A DNA stretch of 64,000 nucleotides from Dehalococcoidia bacterium (lineage in GTDB: Bacteria; Chloroflexota; Dehalococcoidia; Lucifugimonadales; UBA3495), in assembly GCA_965204805.1 (NCBI GenBank), contig OZ242013.1, positions 4,589,232 through 4,653,231 of the forward strand. The letters run 5' to 3'. Each line of letters starts with the position of its first letter. The first letter of the stretch is position 1. Below are positions 47,306 to 57,263 of this stretch, one piece after another. Both the position numbers and the translations under genes were made by a program. The notes beneath the pieces are model-generated. The model saw only the letters and a list, made by a program, of their open reading frames with translations, was not told the origin of the DNA and ran no database searches.

Positions 47306-49030
47306 GTGTTTCCTGATCGAGGATATGTGGTTGCGACAACTCTGAGCTCCCTGCCCATCCAGCAGAGGAAAGTGATTCGCGCCTGGTGCGTCTACGACTG
47401 GGCCAATTCCGCCTACGCCACCAGCGGCATCGCCGCCATATTTCCGGTCTACTTCGTCTTTCTCTTCCAGGAGTCCCTGGGCGACTCCGCTTCATTCCTG
47501 GGGCTGTCGTTCACCGGGAGTTCCATGTGGAGTCTCGGCATCGTGGTCTCCACCGCATTGGTGGCCCTCTCAAGTCCTCTGCTGGGCATCATCGCCGACC
47601 GGGTTCCTATCAAAAAGGCCCTGCTGTGGGTCTACACCGTGGTCGGGGCCCTGTTCACTGTGTTGATGTTCTTCTCGGCCTACACCGCCCAGCCGTGGGC
47701 CTGGATGCTGGGCATGCTGGTGCTGGCCAACATTGGATTTGCCGGTTGCCTGGTGTTCTACAACTCCTTCCTGCCCCACATCGCGCCCCGGGAACTGCTT
47801 GACGACGTCAGCAGCAGGGGTTTCGCCTACGGCTATGTCGGCGGGGGATTGCTGCTGCTGGCGCACCTCGTCCTGATCCTGGCCACCCGGGACACCGCCG
47901 CCGCCGACCTGGCAACCCGGGTGTCCATTGCCTCCGTGGGCCTGTGGTGGTTCGGCTGGGCGCTGTGGACCCTGAGGGTGGTGCCGGAGCCGCGGTTGCC
48001 GCGCGTGGTTGGCGGGCTGACTCCCTTGCGGGCCCTTTCCCTGGGGTTCGTCGAGCTGGGCCGCACCCTCCGCGAAATACGCCGGTTCAAGGTCTTGGTC
48101 ACCTACATTCTGGCCTACCTGCTGTTCAACGACGGGATTCAGACCGTTCTGGTGATCGCCGGGGCATTCGCCGCCGACACCATTGGGATTCCCTTAGTAT
48201 TCAACATGGCCACCATCCTGGTTATCCAGTTCGTGGCCGCCGGTGGCGCCATGGCCTTTGCCCGGTTGGCGGAGCGCATTTCCACCAAGGCCGCCCTCAC
48301 CGTCGCTCTGCTGGTGTGGATTCTCATCATCCTGCTGGGCGTGGCGGTCGTGCCGCTGGCGCCCGCCGATAGTGGCGACTTCGATTACCGGTTGAGCTAT
48401 CAGCCCGACTCGGCGGTCTACGTGCTGACTCATGCCCCGGACCTGGGAGACTCCCCCTCCGAGGAACTCTGGATGGAGGAGGTGGGCGACATTACGGCCG
48501 GGGACACCCTGGATTCCGGTCAGGCGGGCCGGCTGCTCGACAGCGTCAATAGATCGAAATACAGCCTGTCTATAACCGGAGGCAGCCTGGGCGGGCAGAC
48601 CGCCTTGGGAAGGGATCACCCCGCCAACCTGGGCGAAGGCCCCATGGACTGGTGGCCCGAGGCCGTCCGCCGCTGGGTCTGGCGGCCCCTGGGACTGGAC
48701 GCCCCGTATCAATGGCTGGTCCTTGGCGTAGCCCTGGGAGCGGTGCTGGGTGGCAGCCAGGCGCTGGCCCGCAGCCTGTTCGCCCAGATCTCCCCCGTAA
48801 CGAGGAGCGGTGAATTCTTCTCCTTCTTCGGGTTCGTGAGCCGGGCGTCATCCGTAATCGGCCCCCTGCTGTACGTCCTGGTCACCGGCATCCTGGACAC
48901 CAGGGTTGCCGTGGTGGCGATAATGCTCCTCATCGTCGCGGGCGTGATAGTCCTGCGCTGGGTTGACGTGGCCGCCGGGGCGCGGATGGCCGACGCTGAG
49001 GCCGCTCGATTCTCAGCCCCCGGCGACTGA
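47306..49030 (+). CDS. MFS transporter, UMF1 (Atg22-like) family
   Basis: The N-terminal VIRAWCVYDWANSAYATS signature is typical of UMF1 transporters. There are ~12 hydrophobic segments with a large soluble insertion between the two halves. The start is uncertain (GTG 47306 or GTG 47327). Confidence 0.8.
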   Translation: MFPDRGYVVATTLSSLPIQQRKVIRAWCVYDWANSAYATSGIAAIFPVYFVFLFQESLGDSASFLGLSFTGSSMWSLGIVVSTALVALSSPLLGIIADRVPIKKALLWVYTVVGALFTVLMFFSAYTAQPWAWMLGMLVLANIGFAGCLVFYNSFLPHIAPRELLDDVSSRGFAYGYVGGGLLLLAHLVLILATRDTAAADLATRVSIASVGLWWFGWALWTLRVVPEPRLPRVVGGLTPLRALSLGFVELGRTLREIRRFKVLVTYILAYLLFNDGIQTVLVIAGAFAADTIGIPLVFNMATILVIQFVAAGGAMAFARLAERISTKAALTVALLVWILIILLGVAVVPLAPADSGDFDYRLSYQPDSAVYVLTHAPDLGDSPSEELWMEEVGDITAGDTLDSGQAGRLLDSVNRSKYSLSITGGSLGGQTALGRDHPANLGEGPMDWWPEAVRRWVWRPLGLDAPYQWLVLGVALGAVLGGSQALARSLFAQISPVTRSGEFFSFFGFVSRASSVIGPLLYVLVTGILDTRVAVVAIMLLIVAGVIVLRWVDVAAGARMADAEAARFSAPGD

Positions 49031-49438
49031 AGGGAGACTGCATCGACAATTGTTCGACCGGCCTGTCGAAATAGACACTTTCCTTGGAACTTATAATCGG
49101 ACTGGTTCGGTGTCGATGGTTTCCGGCGGGCAGTCCCGCTTCCGGCGGGCTTGTTGCGCTGCGTCCTCCTCCTGCGGCGGGGCGTCAGTATGAATCCAAG
49201 CTCGATGATTCTGCCGGTTGGATGACCGCCTCCGGGCGCATACGGCGCCTGTGCGACTGCCTGGACAACCTCACCAGCCGGACCGGCACTGAAACGGACC
49301 CCGACCGGCACCGCCGGTACTCCCTATTGGCGCGTTGGCCGCCACGGAATTCCTCACCATCTTGAATATAGCAGGGTTCGGGAGCTGCACCGGCTCCACG
49401 GCAAAGACCGCCTGAACGTCAACACAGGGAGCGGACCG

Positions 49439-50779
49439 ATGGCGACGCGATACGAGACCGGCCGGATTGACGCCCAATGGCAGGTGAAATCTCCGGGCTG
49501 GCGGCCGAAAGAGCATAGCAGCGAGCGCGAGATGCTCTACGACATTCTGGAGGGCCAGGAGGATATTGAGTGCCTGCTGGCCTGCCGCTGGGGCGACACC
49601 CGCTCATGGCAATGGGTGGGGAATATGGTCGTTGGAGGGCTCCAAAATGCAGGAAACTATTACCCGGGGCCTCACCATGATGGCATCGCCGTGGCAACCA
49701 GCCTACGAGTCATCTTCTTGATGAAACGAAGAGGCTTCCTGGGCCTTTGGGGCGAAGCCGATGCCGCAAGCGCCGAGGTGGCATACGAGGACATAGCGTT
49801 GGTGCCCTATCCTGACATGGACCCTTACGAGAGGCGCTGTAAAGACAGGAACATGAAGGATCTGGTGAGGATAGGAGACTACAAATACTCCGCGAACAAG
49901 CGGGTCGACGACCAGCCGTTCATTGATTGTGTGCGGAGTCATTTGACCTCTCCCGAGGCGTTGAAGGCCAATCGGCTTGATGCCCAGTGGCGAGCGTGCG
50001 CGCCGGACCTGTTTGACCCGGCTGACTCCACCCGTGTGCGCCGGAACCTATACTCGGTACTGTACGGCAACGAGAACATCGAAAGACTGGTACGGGGTGC
50101 TCTGTGGGAATGGTCGACGCCCAGCGAGGGCGTTGCGGCGGCCACTGCGAGCCGGATAATTCTAATGCGCTCCTCGGAACAACAATACTCGATACCCTGG
50201 TCCGAAATACCATACCGCAGTATCGAGGAAGTGACGTGCAGTGGGGCGGAGGTGTCCATCGCCAGGCGCAGCGCCGGTGTCAGCAAAATCACTGACCGCC
50301 GGCGAGTCTATGCTGAGCCGTTCGCGGACTGGGTGCAGGCCCGTCTGGCCGGGTCGGCGGCGTCTGGCGATGCGGTGAGGCTGAACCGGATTGACGCCCA
50401 GTGGCATGCGCTGGTTTCAGATAACCGGGTCTGGTGCCCCGAGGCGCACACCGGGGAACTCCTGGCGTTGTACTTCATCCTTGACGATGGCGAAGATATT
50501 GAGAACGTAATCGAGGCGTTTCTGGAGGACGTGATCTATTGCGTCGCCGTGGCGACCGACCGCCGGGTCATTGTGCTTAAAGGACATAACAAGGTGTTGG
50601 AGTCGCCCTATGAAAGCATCGGAGAGGTCGAATACGACGCCGGGTTGTTTGGGGGCCGCCCGGGCATGACCATCACCGGGGTCTTCACCACCGATTCCAA
50701 GACAATCTTCGGGTACGACAGCCGAGACCTCAGGGCGTTTGCCGATCGCGTCCATTGTCATCTGTTCTGGACAGCCTGA
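49439..50779 (+). CDS. Hypothetical protein built from three ~150-aa internal repeats
   Basis: Each repeat starts with R(I/L)DAQW(Q/R/H) followed by ....(L/M)Y..L.G.E(D/N)IE.(L/V), at about aa 7, 175 and 315. Possibly a PH-like fold (speculative). Confidence 0.6.
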   Translation: MATRYETGRIDAQWQVKSPGWRPKEHSSEREMLYDILEGQEDIECLLACRWGDTRSWQWVGNMVVGGLQNAGNYYPGPHHDGIAVATSLRVIFLMKRRGFLGLWGEADAASAEVAYEDIALVPYPDMDPYERRCKDRNMKDLVRIGDYKYSANKRVDDQPFIDCVRSHLTSPEALKANRLDAQWRACAPDLFDPADSTRVRRNLYSVLYGNENIERLVRGALWEWSTPSEGVAAATASRIILMRSSEQQYSIPWSEIPYRSIEEVTCSGAEVSIARRSAGVSKITDRRRVYAEPFADWVQARLAGSAASGDAVRLNRIDAQWHALVSDNRVWCPEAHTGELLALYFILDDGEDIENVIEAFLEDVIYCVAVATDRRVIVLKGHNKVLESPYESIGEVEYDAGLFGGRPGMTITGVFTTDSKTIFGYDSRDLRAFADRVHCHLFWTA

Positions 50780-50867
50780 GGCAACGCGGAACTGGTGAAG
50801 AGGGTCCTGTGAATGGTGCCGTCGTCACCCTACTCCTTTAGCACGCGGCTCTTGGGAGTAGGCGGCC

Positions 50868-51833
50868 GTGGTTTTTCCACCGCATTTTTGGCGACTCATC
50901 ATGGGCACACTTCCCTCGTTCATAGAGGCTCTCTGGGCCCTGAAATATGTGGTGTCCGGCAAGGTGAAGCCGCTGCGGGAGGATAAGGGAACTGCGATGG
51001 AAGAGGCCAGAGCTGTACGAGACGGGCAGAGAGCCTGGGCCACGGAGAACGGAGTCCCCTTCGATTCTCGCGGCTACGTTGATGACGTTGAAATGAATCT
51101 CAGGCGACCCCTGTCCGCAGCGGCTCGGGAGGCTTTTGAGAAAGGGGCGGGGTCAGAGCTTGCCGGGCACATGAGGGCGCTGCACTCGTCTTCTGCCCTG
51201 GTGGTCAACTTCTTCGACTACTGGAGCTGTAGGGACAAGGATCCACTCCTATTCGCCTTCGGCATCAGCGGCAAAGTGGCAGACCGTCTGGAATTCGAGG
51301 CCCGTTTCCCCACAGGGCTGGGAGGGACTCCGCCACATCTTGACGTTGTGATATGGCTCCTGTCAGGCGAGGCCATCGCAGTGGAGAGCAAATTCACCGA
51401 ACACCTGGGGCGGTCCACTAAGGGAAAATCCCGCTTTGAACCCTCGTACTTCCCCGAACAAAGGGGACTCTGGGAGGAGAAAGGCCTGCCCGCAAGCCAG
51501 TTATTCGCCGAAGAACTGAACGCCGGACTCCATCGCTTTGAATCCCTGGACCCGTGGCAACTCCTAAAACACGCCCTGAGCCTGGCCAATGTCCTCGGTC
51601 AGGCTTTTCGCTTAGTTTACCTTTACTACGACTCACCCGGGGGAAGGGCCCAGCAGCACCGGCGGGAAGTCCGGAGATTCGGCGACGCCGAGCGAGACGA
51701 TTTCATATTTGAACCGCGGGCGTACCAGACGGTTTACCAGCACCTCACGACTTTTGAGGACACGGACCTTGGCTACCTCGAATACATCGACTACTTCGGG
51801 ACCAGGTACTTCCCCGACGTCCTCAGACGATGA
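50868..51833 (+). CDS. PD-(D/E)xK nuclease-fold protein (putative)
   Basis: ALHSSSALVVNFF followed by PPHLDVVIWLLSGEAIAVESKFTEHL gives a D...(E)xK arrangement typical of restriction-endonuclease-like folds. The start is uncertain (possibly MGTLPSF at ~50901). Confidence 0.55.
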   Translation: MVFPPHFWRLIMGTLPSFIEALWALKYVVSGKVKPLREDKGTAMEEARAVRDGQRAWATENGVPFDSRGYVDDVEMNLRRPLSAAAREAFEKGAGSELAGHMRALHSSSALVVNFFDYWSCRDKDPLLFAFGISGKVADRLEFEARFPTGLGGTPPHLDVVIWLLSGEAIAVESKFTEHLGRSTKGKSRFEPSYFPEQRGLWEEKGLPASQLFAEELNAGLHRFESLDPWQLLKHALSLANVLGQAFRLVYLYYDSPGGRAQQHRREVRRFGDAERDDFIFEPRAYQTVYQHLTTFEDTDLGYLEYIDYFGTRYFPDVLRR

Positions 51834-52031
51834 TGTTTCCGTGCCCGCCCTTTGGGGATCCTCCAGGGGTCGCGCGGGGTGTTCGGATGGAGCCGGAAAG
51901 CGCCGTAAATGGATGCAAATGCACCCCTTACCGGTTGTCACCGGCTCTTGATGATTTCCATTCCGAGCGGCTACGACTTTGACAGGCCCCAGTAAACTAC
52001 TGTCTGGCAGTCTCGGAAAAGGAGACCCAGT

Positions 52032-53255
52032 ATGCCTCCGGCCGTTATAGCATGGCTCGACTATTCTCAGGCTGATCAGCGCCGGGCGCGGGAAATCGTT
52101 GCGATGTTCTCCCAGGCCGAAAGCCGGGACGAGCTCGGGATTGGTCAGATCCGGGATGCCCTGAGCGACACGCTGTTCCCTGGAACCTCGGTACTGTTAA
52201 CCCGTGCGCGGTACCTGCTGTTCGTTCCATGGCTTTACCGGGAGGGAGCCCGCCTGGGACGCCACGGCCCGCAGCTCGCATCATGGGTCGACTGGCACGA
52301 GCGGCGCCTGATCGACGCTCTTAGCAACGGCGGCGACCGGGAGGGATTGATTGGCCGAGTTGCGGGAGCGGCGATTCAGAACCTGCCCTCTACAATTTAT
52401 TGGAACAGCCTGCGCCGTTTCGCCATTCTGAGGGACGATGCAAGCCCAACGCAGATAGTGAGTCATCGACCGCTGGCACGCCGGTCCAATGACGCAACCG
52501 AGTTTGTAGAACACTCGGATTCAGTCTGGGATCCCTCGATGCCAAACCCTCCGGAGGACTTCTTCGCGCTCAGCAGTTGCGATTTCACCCTCACCGGAGA
52601 CGAGGCCACCTGGCTTGCCGAACGCATCTGCCAGGCCGCCCCCGACACCCTGCTCCAATTCCTGGTGGCCAAGGGCACCCGGCGCCACGAGGTCGCCCGG
52701 TTCGCTTGGGATGATCCCGAGGTCAAAGCGGCCCCCGAACAAATACGCGACGGCGTCGCCCAGGCGGAGCGCTTCGCAGTGGTGATGCACGGGGCAGCGC
52801 TGCTCTACAACATTCTCCTTGCCGAGCGTGAGGAAGAACTCGGTCTATCCCAGTATGACGGACAACGAGAACATTTCGCTGGCCGGCTTGAACAGTGGCA
52901 GAATGAAATTGGGAGAGGCGACCTGAATGGATGGGACCTTGACCGGCTGTGGGCCCTGGTCTCGATGCAGGGAAGGCCCGTCTCGCCAATCACACGCGCA
53001 TTCGTCACTCAGTGGGCCAGGCTGATACGGGAGAGACACAGCCGTGCATTCACTGACGACTCGGATGCGCGGACGCTGATTCGGGAACGGGAACTCCGCC
53101 AGAAAGGAGGGCAGGCGCGACTCCGCAACGACAGGCTCATGCGACAGTGGGGAGGGGCATCGGGGTCCGGTCGCCTCAACTTCCGGTGGCCAGTGGTTGC
53201 CCGTCTCCTGAATGACATCGCCGAGGGCAGGGAGGATGGAAATGCTGCCTCCTGA
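52032..53255 (+). CDS. Hypothetical protein (407 aa), first gene of a PLD-helicase cluster
   Basis: RBS GGAGAcccagtATG. N-terminal DELGIGQIRDALSDTLFPGTSVLLTRARYLLFVPWLY block. The 3' end overlaps the next gene. Confidence 0.6.
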   Translation: MPPAVIAWLDYSQADQRRAREIVAMFSQAESRDELGIGQIRDALSDTLFPGTSVLLTRARYLLFVPWLYREGARLGRHGPQLASWVDWHERRLIDALSNGGDREGLIGRVAGAAIQNLPSTIYWNSLRRFAILRDDASPTQIVSHRPLARRSNDATEFVEHSDSVWDPSMPNPPEDFFALSSCDFTLTGDEATWLAERICQAAPDTLLQFLVAKGTRRHEVARFAWDDPEVKAAPEQIRDGVAQAERFAVVMHGAALLYNILLAEREEELGLSQYDGQREHFAGRLEQWQNEIGRGDLNGWDLDRLWALVSMQGRPVSPITRAFVTQWARLIRERHSRAFTDDSDARTLIRERELRQKGGQARLRNDRLMRQWGGASGSGRLNFRWPVVARLLNDIAEGREDGNAAS

Positions 53256-55056
53256 CAACCGCGCGCTGCTGCTTGACGCACTTCAGCCGCCCCTGGGCCA
53301 CTCCCTGGACCGCGCAGTCGCAACGACGTTCACATTGGATCTCGAGACGGCCCTGATGGTGCCCCTGGCATTCGCGGGATTTCGAATCGACGAGAATCCG
53401 GACCCGATCGAGATCATGGAGGCACTCCGAAGAATGAGCGAGAAGTTGGACATTTTCTGCCAGGCCGGCGCCATCAGCGCGGCCAGGTGGCCGTCCGACC
53501 TGGTGGCTCTTCTCGAGAACGTCATACACGAGGTCAGGCGACCCCGGCCGGGCCGCATCTTTCATCCGAAGGTCTGGGCGCTCCGGTTTCTGGATCCATC
53601 AGGGAAACCCGCATACCGGCTTGTCGTGCTCACCCGGAACCTCACCGCCGACCGCAGTTGGGATACGATCCTCTGGCTTGACGGTCATCCGGAGGGGCGG
53701 CGTCCAATTGCCAGCAATCGCCCGCTGGCCAGCTTCTTCGAGGCACTGCCAGGACTTGTGTCCGCCGGCCTCGCCGGGGAGAGGAGTGCCGCCGTATCAG
53801 AACTGGCCCAGGAACTAAGGCAGGTAAGCTGGGAACTGCCGGACGGGGTGCGCGAGGCCCGCTTCCACCCGATCGGGATTCGCGGATTTCGTTCCTTTCC
53901 GGTGGAGGACCATTTCACCGGCTACCGAAGGCTCGTCATCTCTCCCTTTGTCCGGGATGGGTTTATACAGCGGATACTCGACGCCGCACCTAGCCGGGCA
54001 GCGACGCTGGTTTCACGGGGCGAGGAGTTGACGGCACTTCGAACGGACACCCTTGACCGTCTGAGCGCCTACGAACTGGATTCCGCGGCCCAACTCTCGG
54101 TGGCTGACCTTGACCGTGACACAGACCGTACCTTCCTCAACAATAACAATCTGCACGCAAAGGTTTACGTGGCTGAGCGGGCCCGACTGGCGCATCTATA
54201 CATTGGCTCACCGAACGCGACCGAGGGAGGGTTCAACGGCAACGTGGAGTTTCTGTGCCAGCTCGTCGGCCCCGTGGCAAAGTACGGGGTTGATGCGCTC
54301 GTGGGTGAGAATGCACCGATGCGTGCTCTGCTGACTCCGCACGTTCCTTCCGAGACGCCGGAGACCGATGAGAGCGATAAGGTTGGGAGGGCGCTTCAGG
54401 ATTTGCTCATGGACATCGCCGCCGATGTTGGGTTCCGTACCATTGTCACTAAAGCGCCTGATGGCTGGGCACCCTGCATAACGGCGGATTCGGAGTTGCC
54501 GCACATGCCCGACGGCACGACCGTAACCATCGCCGCCCATAACCGTCCGGCCGAGACTTACACGCTGCGTCCCGGCGAACCTGTCGCGGTGGAACTGCCC
54601 ACACGCGAAATTGCGGATATCACCCCGTTTCTTCAACTCACCGCCGGACGGGCGGATGGGGGCATGGTCATCGAACGATCGACGGTGATCTGCTCCCGGC
54701 TGGAAGGGGAGCAGGCAGATCGCTATAGCGAGATCTTTGCCAGGCAGATCGATACCCCGGAGAAGTTCCTCCGGCTCCTGACCCTTCTCATGGGATTCGG
54801 CTCCGGAGGCGTCATTGGCGTCCGTTCCGGAACAGGCGGTTGGGCGGAAGGCTGGTCGGCGGGCGCCGGCGCCGGTGTCCTGGAGTTGCTGGCGCGGGCC
54901 CTCTCCGAGAACCCTGACTCGATCGACCACCTGGCCACCATCATTGACCATGTGCGAGCGTCGGCAAGAGGGACGGCGATACTCCCTCCCGGCTGGGATG
55001 ATGTGTGGATACCCGCACTTGAGGCCAGGCGCGCCATGCAGGGAGCTGATACATGA
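53236..55056 (+). CDS. Phospholipase-D-family (two HxK motifs) nuclease-like protein
   Basis: Two HKD-type motifs: IFHPKVWALRF...LVVLTRNLT and LHAKVYVAE....LYIGSPNATEGGF. The ORF track starts at 53212; ATG 53236 or 53242 behind GGGAGG is preferred. The stop overlaps the helicase start (ATGA at 55053-55056). Confidence 0.75.
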   Translation: MEMLPPDNRALLLDALQPPLGHSLDRAVATTFTLDLETALMVPLAFAGFRIDENPDPIEIMEALRRMSEKLDIFCQAGAISAARWPSDLVALLENVIHEVRRPRPGRIFHPKVWALRFLDPSGKPAYRLVVLTRNLTADRSWDTILWLDGHPEGRRPIASNRPLASFFEALPGLVSAGLAGERSAAVSELAQELRQVSWELPDGVREARFHPIGIRGFRSFPVEDHFTGYRRLVISPFVRDGFIQRILDAAPSRAATLVSRGEELTALRTDTLDRLSAYELDSAAQLSVADLDRDTDRTFLNNNNLHAKVYVAERARLAHLYIGSPNATEGGFNGNVEFLCQLVGPVAKYGVDALVGENAPMRALLTPHVPSETPETDESDKVGRALQDLLMDIAADVGFRTIVTKAPDGWAPCITADSELPHMPDGTTVTIAAHNRPAETYTLRPGEPVAVELPTREIADITPFLQLTAGRADGGMVIERSTVICSRLEGEQADRYSEIFARQIDTPEKFLRLLTLLMGFGSGGVIGVRSGTGGWAEGWSAGAGAGVLELLARALSENPDSIDHLATIIDHVRASARGTAILPPGWDDVWIPALEARRAMQGADT

Positions 55057-57212
55057 ACCGGAGCAGCGAGCACAGACGCCCAACGTCGCTTAGTGATTTT
55101 CAACGGGCAACGGCGCACCACGCCTTCAGGCGCCTGTATCGCGACTCCGATTCAACGAAACGGTTTCTCGTTGCTGATGAGACCGGCCTGGGCAAAACGC
55201 ACGTCGCCAGGGAGGTCATTTCCCTGGCCGTCAAGCACCTTCAACAGGTCGACCACGTGGGCCGCATCGACATCGTATACGTTTGCTCCAACGCGGACAT
55301 CGCCGCTCAGAACATACGCAAGCTGGATATCGCCGGATCCGACAGGCCGAGCTTCGCAACCCGGCTGAGCCTGCTCATCACCAAGCCCGAGATGTTGAGG
55401 CCCACGGCGCCCGAAGGAGGCAAGCCGACGACCTTTGTGGCATTCACGCCGGCCACCTCTTTCCAGCTGGGACAGCAGATGGGAAGGAAGGAGGAGCGCG
55501 CCGTCCTCTATGTGCTGCTTCGCGACCACCTGGGGCTCTATGGAGCGCGGACCACGGCGGCGCTGCGAATCTTTCAGGGAGGGGTGGGCAACTGGCAGAA
55601 ATTCCGGGACCGTGACGTCGCGAATCTTGATGTAGGGTCCTTTGATCAAGGCATCCGTCAGGCATTCTACGAGGAGTTCGACCAGAGCTCCGAGAGCAAC
55701 TCCCTCGTCTCCCTGGTCGATGAGGTCACCGGGCGCAGGTCATTGACCGATCACCAGCGGGACACCGCGCGCACCATCATGGGTGAACTTCGCAGAATGC
55801 TGTCGCGAGCAGCGTTGAAGGCGCTCGAACCGGACCTCGTGATTCTTGACGAATTTCAGCGCTTCCGGAACCTGCTGGACGTCAAGACAGGAGGCGACGC
55901 GGCCGAACTGGCAGACGACCTCTTCAGCCATGCGGACTCCCACGTGCTGTTGCTCTCGGCCACTCCTTACAAGCCGTTTACCTACGCGGAGGAGGCGGAC
56001 GCCAGCGGTGGACACTATGGGGACTTCCTGAAGACCCTGGAATTCCTCGCCGCCTCCGAGACCGCCGTGGACGCTGTGCGGGCCGATCTTAATGAACTGC
56101 GGCAGGCGGCCCTGTCGGGCGTGCCGACGGCTGATGTCCGGGACCGGGTGCAGTCCCAATTGAGGAGATGGATGGCCCGGACCGAGCGCCCGTCCGGCAC
56201 CAACCGCACAGCGACTACCCGCGGGGACACGAACCAACTCCGGGTCAGGGCCGAGGACTTCAGCGGCTTCGTCGCCCTGCGGAATGTCGCCCATGCCGTG
56301 GATGCTCCGTTCACCGTTGAGTATTGGAAGTCGTCCCCCTACTTCCTCAATTTCCTCAGGGGGTACCGGGTCGGTGAAAATTTGCGGGACGGCATGAAGG
56401 ACCTCGATCGCAGGACCCGGTTGGTACCGCTGTTCGAGGGAGCCCAGCGGATCTCCAGGACCGATGTGGAGCAGTTCAATAAACTCGAATGGGGAAACGC
56501 CCGCATGCGCGCCTTGGCTGCCGAGACCCTCGATCAGGAGTGGTGGAAACTACTGTGGATGCCCCCGTCCCTCCCTTACCATGCCCTCGCCGGTCCGTAT
56601 GAAACGGTCGATCCAACCTCAATCACCAAGAGCCTCATCTTCTCCAGTTGGGTGGCCGCCCCTTCGGCCATCGCCTCACTACTCAGCTACGAGGTGGAGA
56701 GACGGATCTTCACGCAGGGAGGACACTCCGTTAATACGCCCGCAGACCGGGCGTCCATTGCCAGCCGCCTCGACTATCGAATGACCAACGGCCGCCCGTC
56801 CTCCATGACGGCACTAGCGCTTTTCTGGCCACAGCCGACGCTGGCCTCGCAAACCGATCCATTGGATGCCGCCCGTGAACACTGGAACGATCCGGAGCCT
56901 CCCGGCATCGGTCGCGTCGTCGAGTGGGCGCAGGGCCGGGTGGAGAACCTCGTCGGCCCGAACGGAAACACCCGGGCGACAACCAGCGCACAATGGTACT
57001 GGTTTGCGCCGGTGCGCTGCGAGAACGACAGCACCCTCGGATCGGAACTGATAAACGCACGGCGCAGCAGTCTCGTTGATGCGTTGGTCGGCACTTCGGA
57101 GGGCCGCGGTACTGAGGACACCTCGGGCGCCCTCCGGGAACACGTAAACATGATGGTGGGTGCCCTGGGCAACCGGGAGCCGGATACGGAGCGTCCGGCG
57201 GACCTGCAGTAG
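55053..57212 (+). CDS. SF2 helicase, N-terminal part (motifs I-III); ends at an in-frame TAG
   Basis: Motif I LVADETGLGKTHVA, motif II LVILDEFQRFRN, motif III LLLSATPYK. TAG at 57210-57212. The same frame stays open immediately afterwards and carries the C-terminal helicase lobe. Confidence 0.8.
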   Translation: MNRSSEHRRPTSLSDFQRATAHHAFRRLYRDSDSTKRFLVADETGLGKTHVAREVISLAVKHLQQVDHVGRIDIVYVCSNADIAAQNIRKLDIAGSDRPSFATRLSLLITKPEMLRPTAPEGGKPTTFVAFTPATSFQLGQQMGRKEERAVLYVLLRDHLGLYGARTTAALRIFQGGVGNWQKFRDRDVANLDVGSFDQGIRQAFYEEFDQSSESNSLVSLVDEVTGRRSLTDHQRDTARTIMGELRRMLSRAALKALEPDLVILDEFQRFRNLLDVKTGGDAAELADDLFSHADSHVLLLSATPYKPFTYAEEADASGGHYGDFLKTLEFLAASETAVDAVRADLNELRQAALSGVPTADVRDRVQSQLRRWMARTERPSGTNRTATTRGDTNQLRVRAEDFSGFVALRNVAHAVDAPFTVEYWKSSPYFLNFLRGYRVGENLRDGMKDLDRRTRLVPLFEGAQRISRTDVEQFNKLEWGNARMRALAAETLDQEWWKLLWMPPSLPYHALAGPYETVDPTSITKSLIFSSWVAAPSAIASLLSYEVERRIFTQGGHSVNTPADRASIASRLDYRMTNGRPSSMTALALFWPQPTLASQTDPLDAAREHWNDPEPPGIGRVVEWAQGRVENLVGPNGNTRATTSAQWYWFAPVRCENDSTLGSELINARRSSLVDALVGTSEGRGTEDTSGALREHVNMMVGALGNREPDTERPADLQ

Positions 57213-57263
57213 ACAGCCGCGCTGCTGGGCCTAGGAGCTCCCGGCAACATCGCGTGGAGAGCG

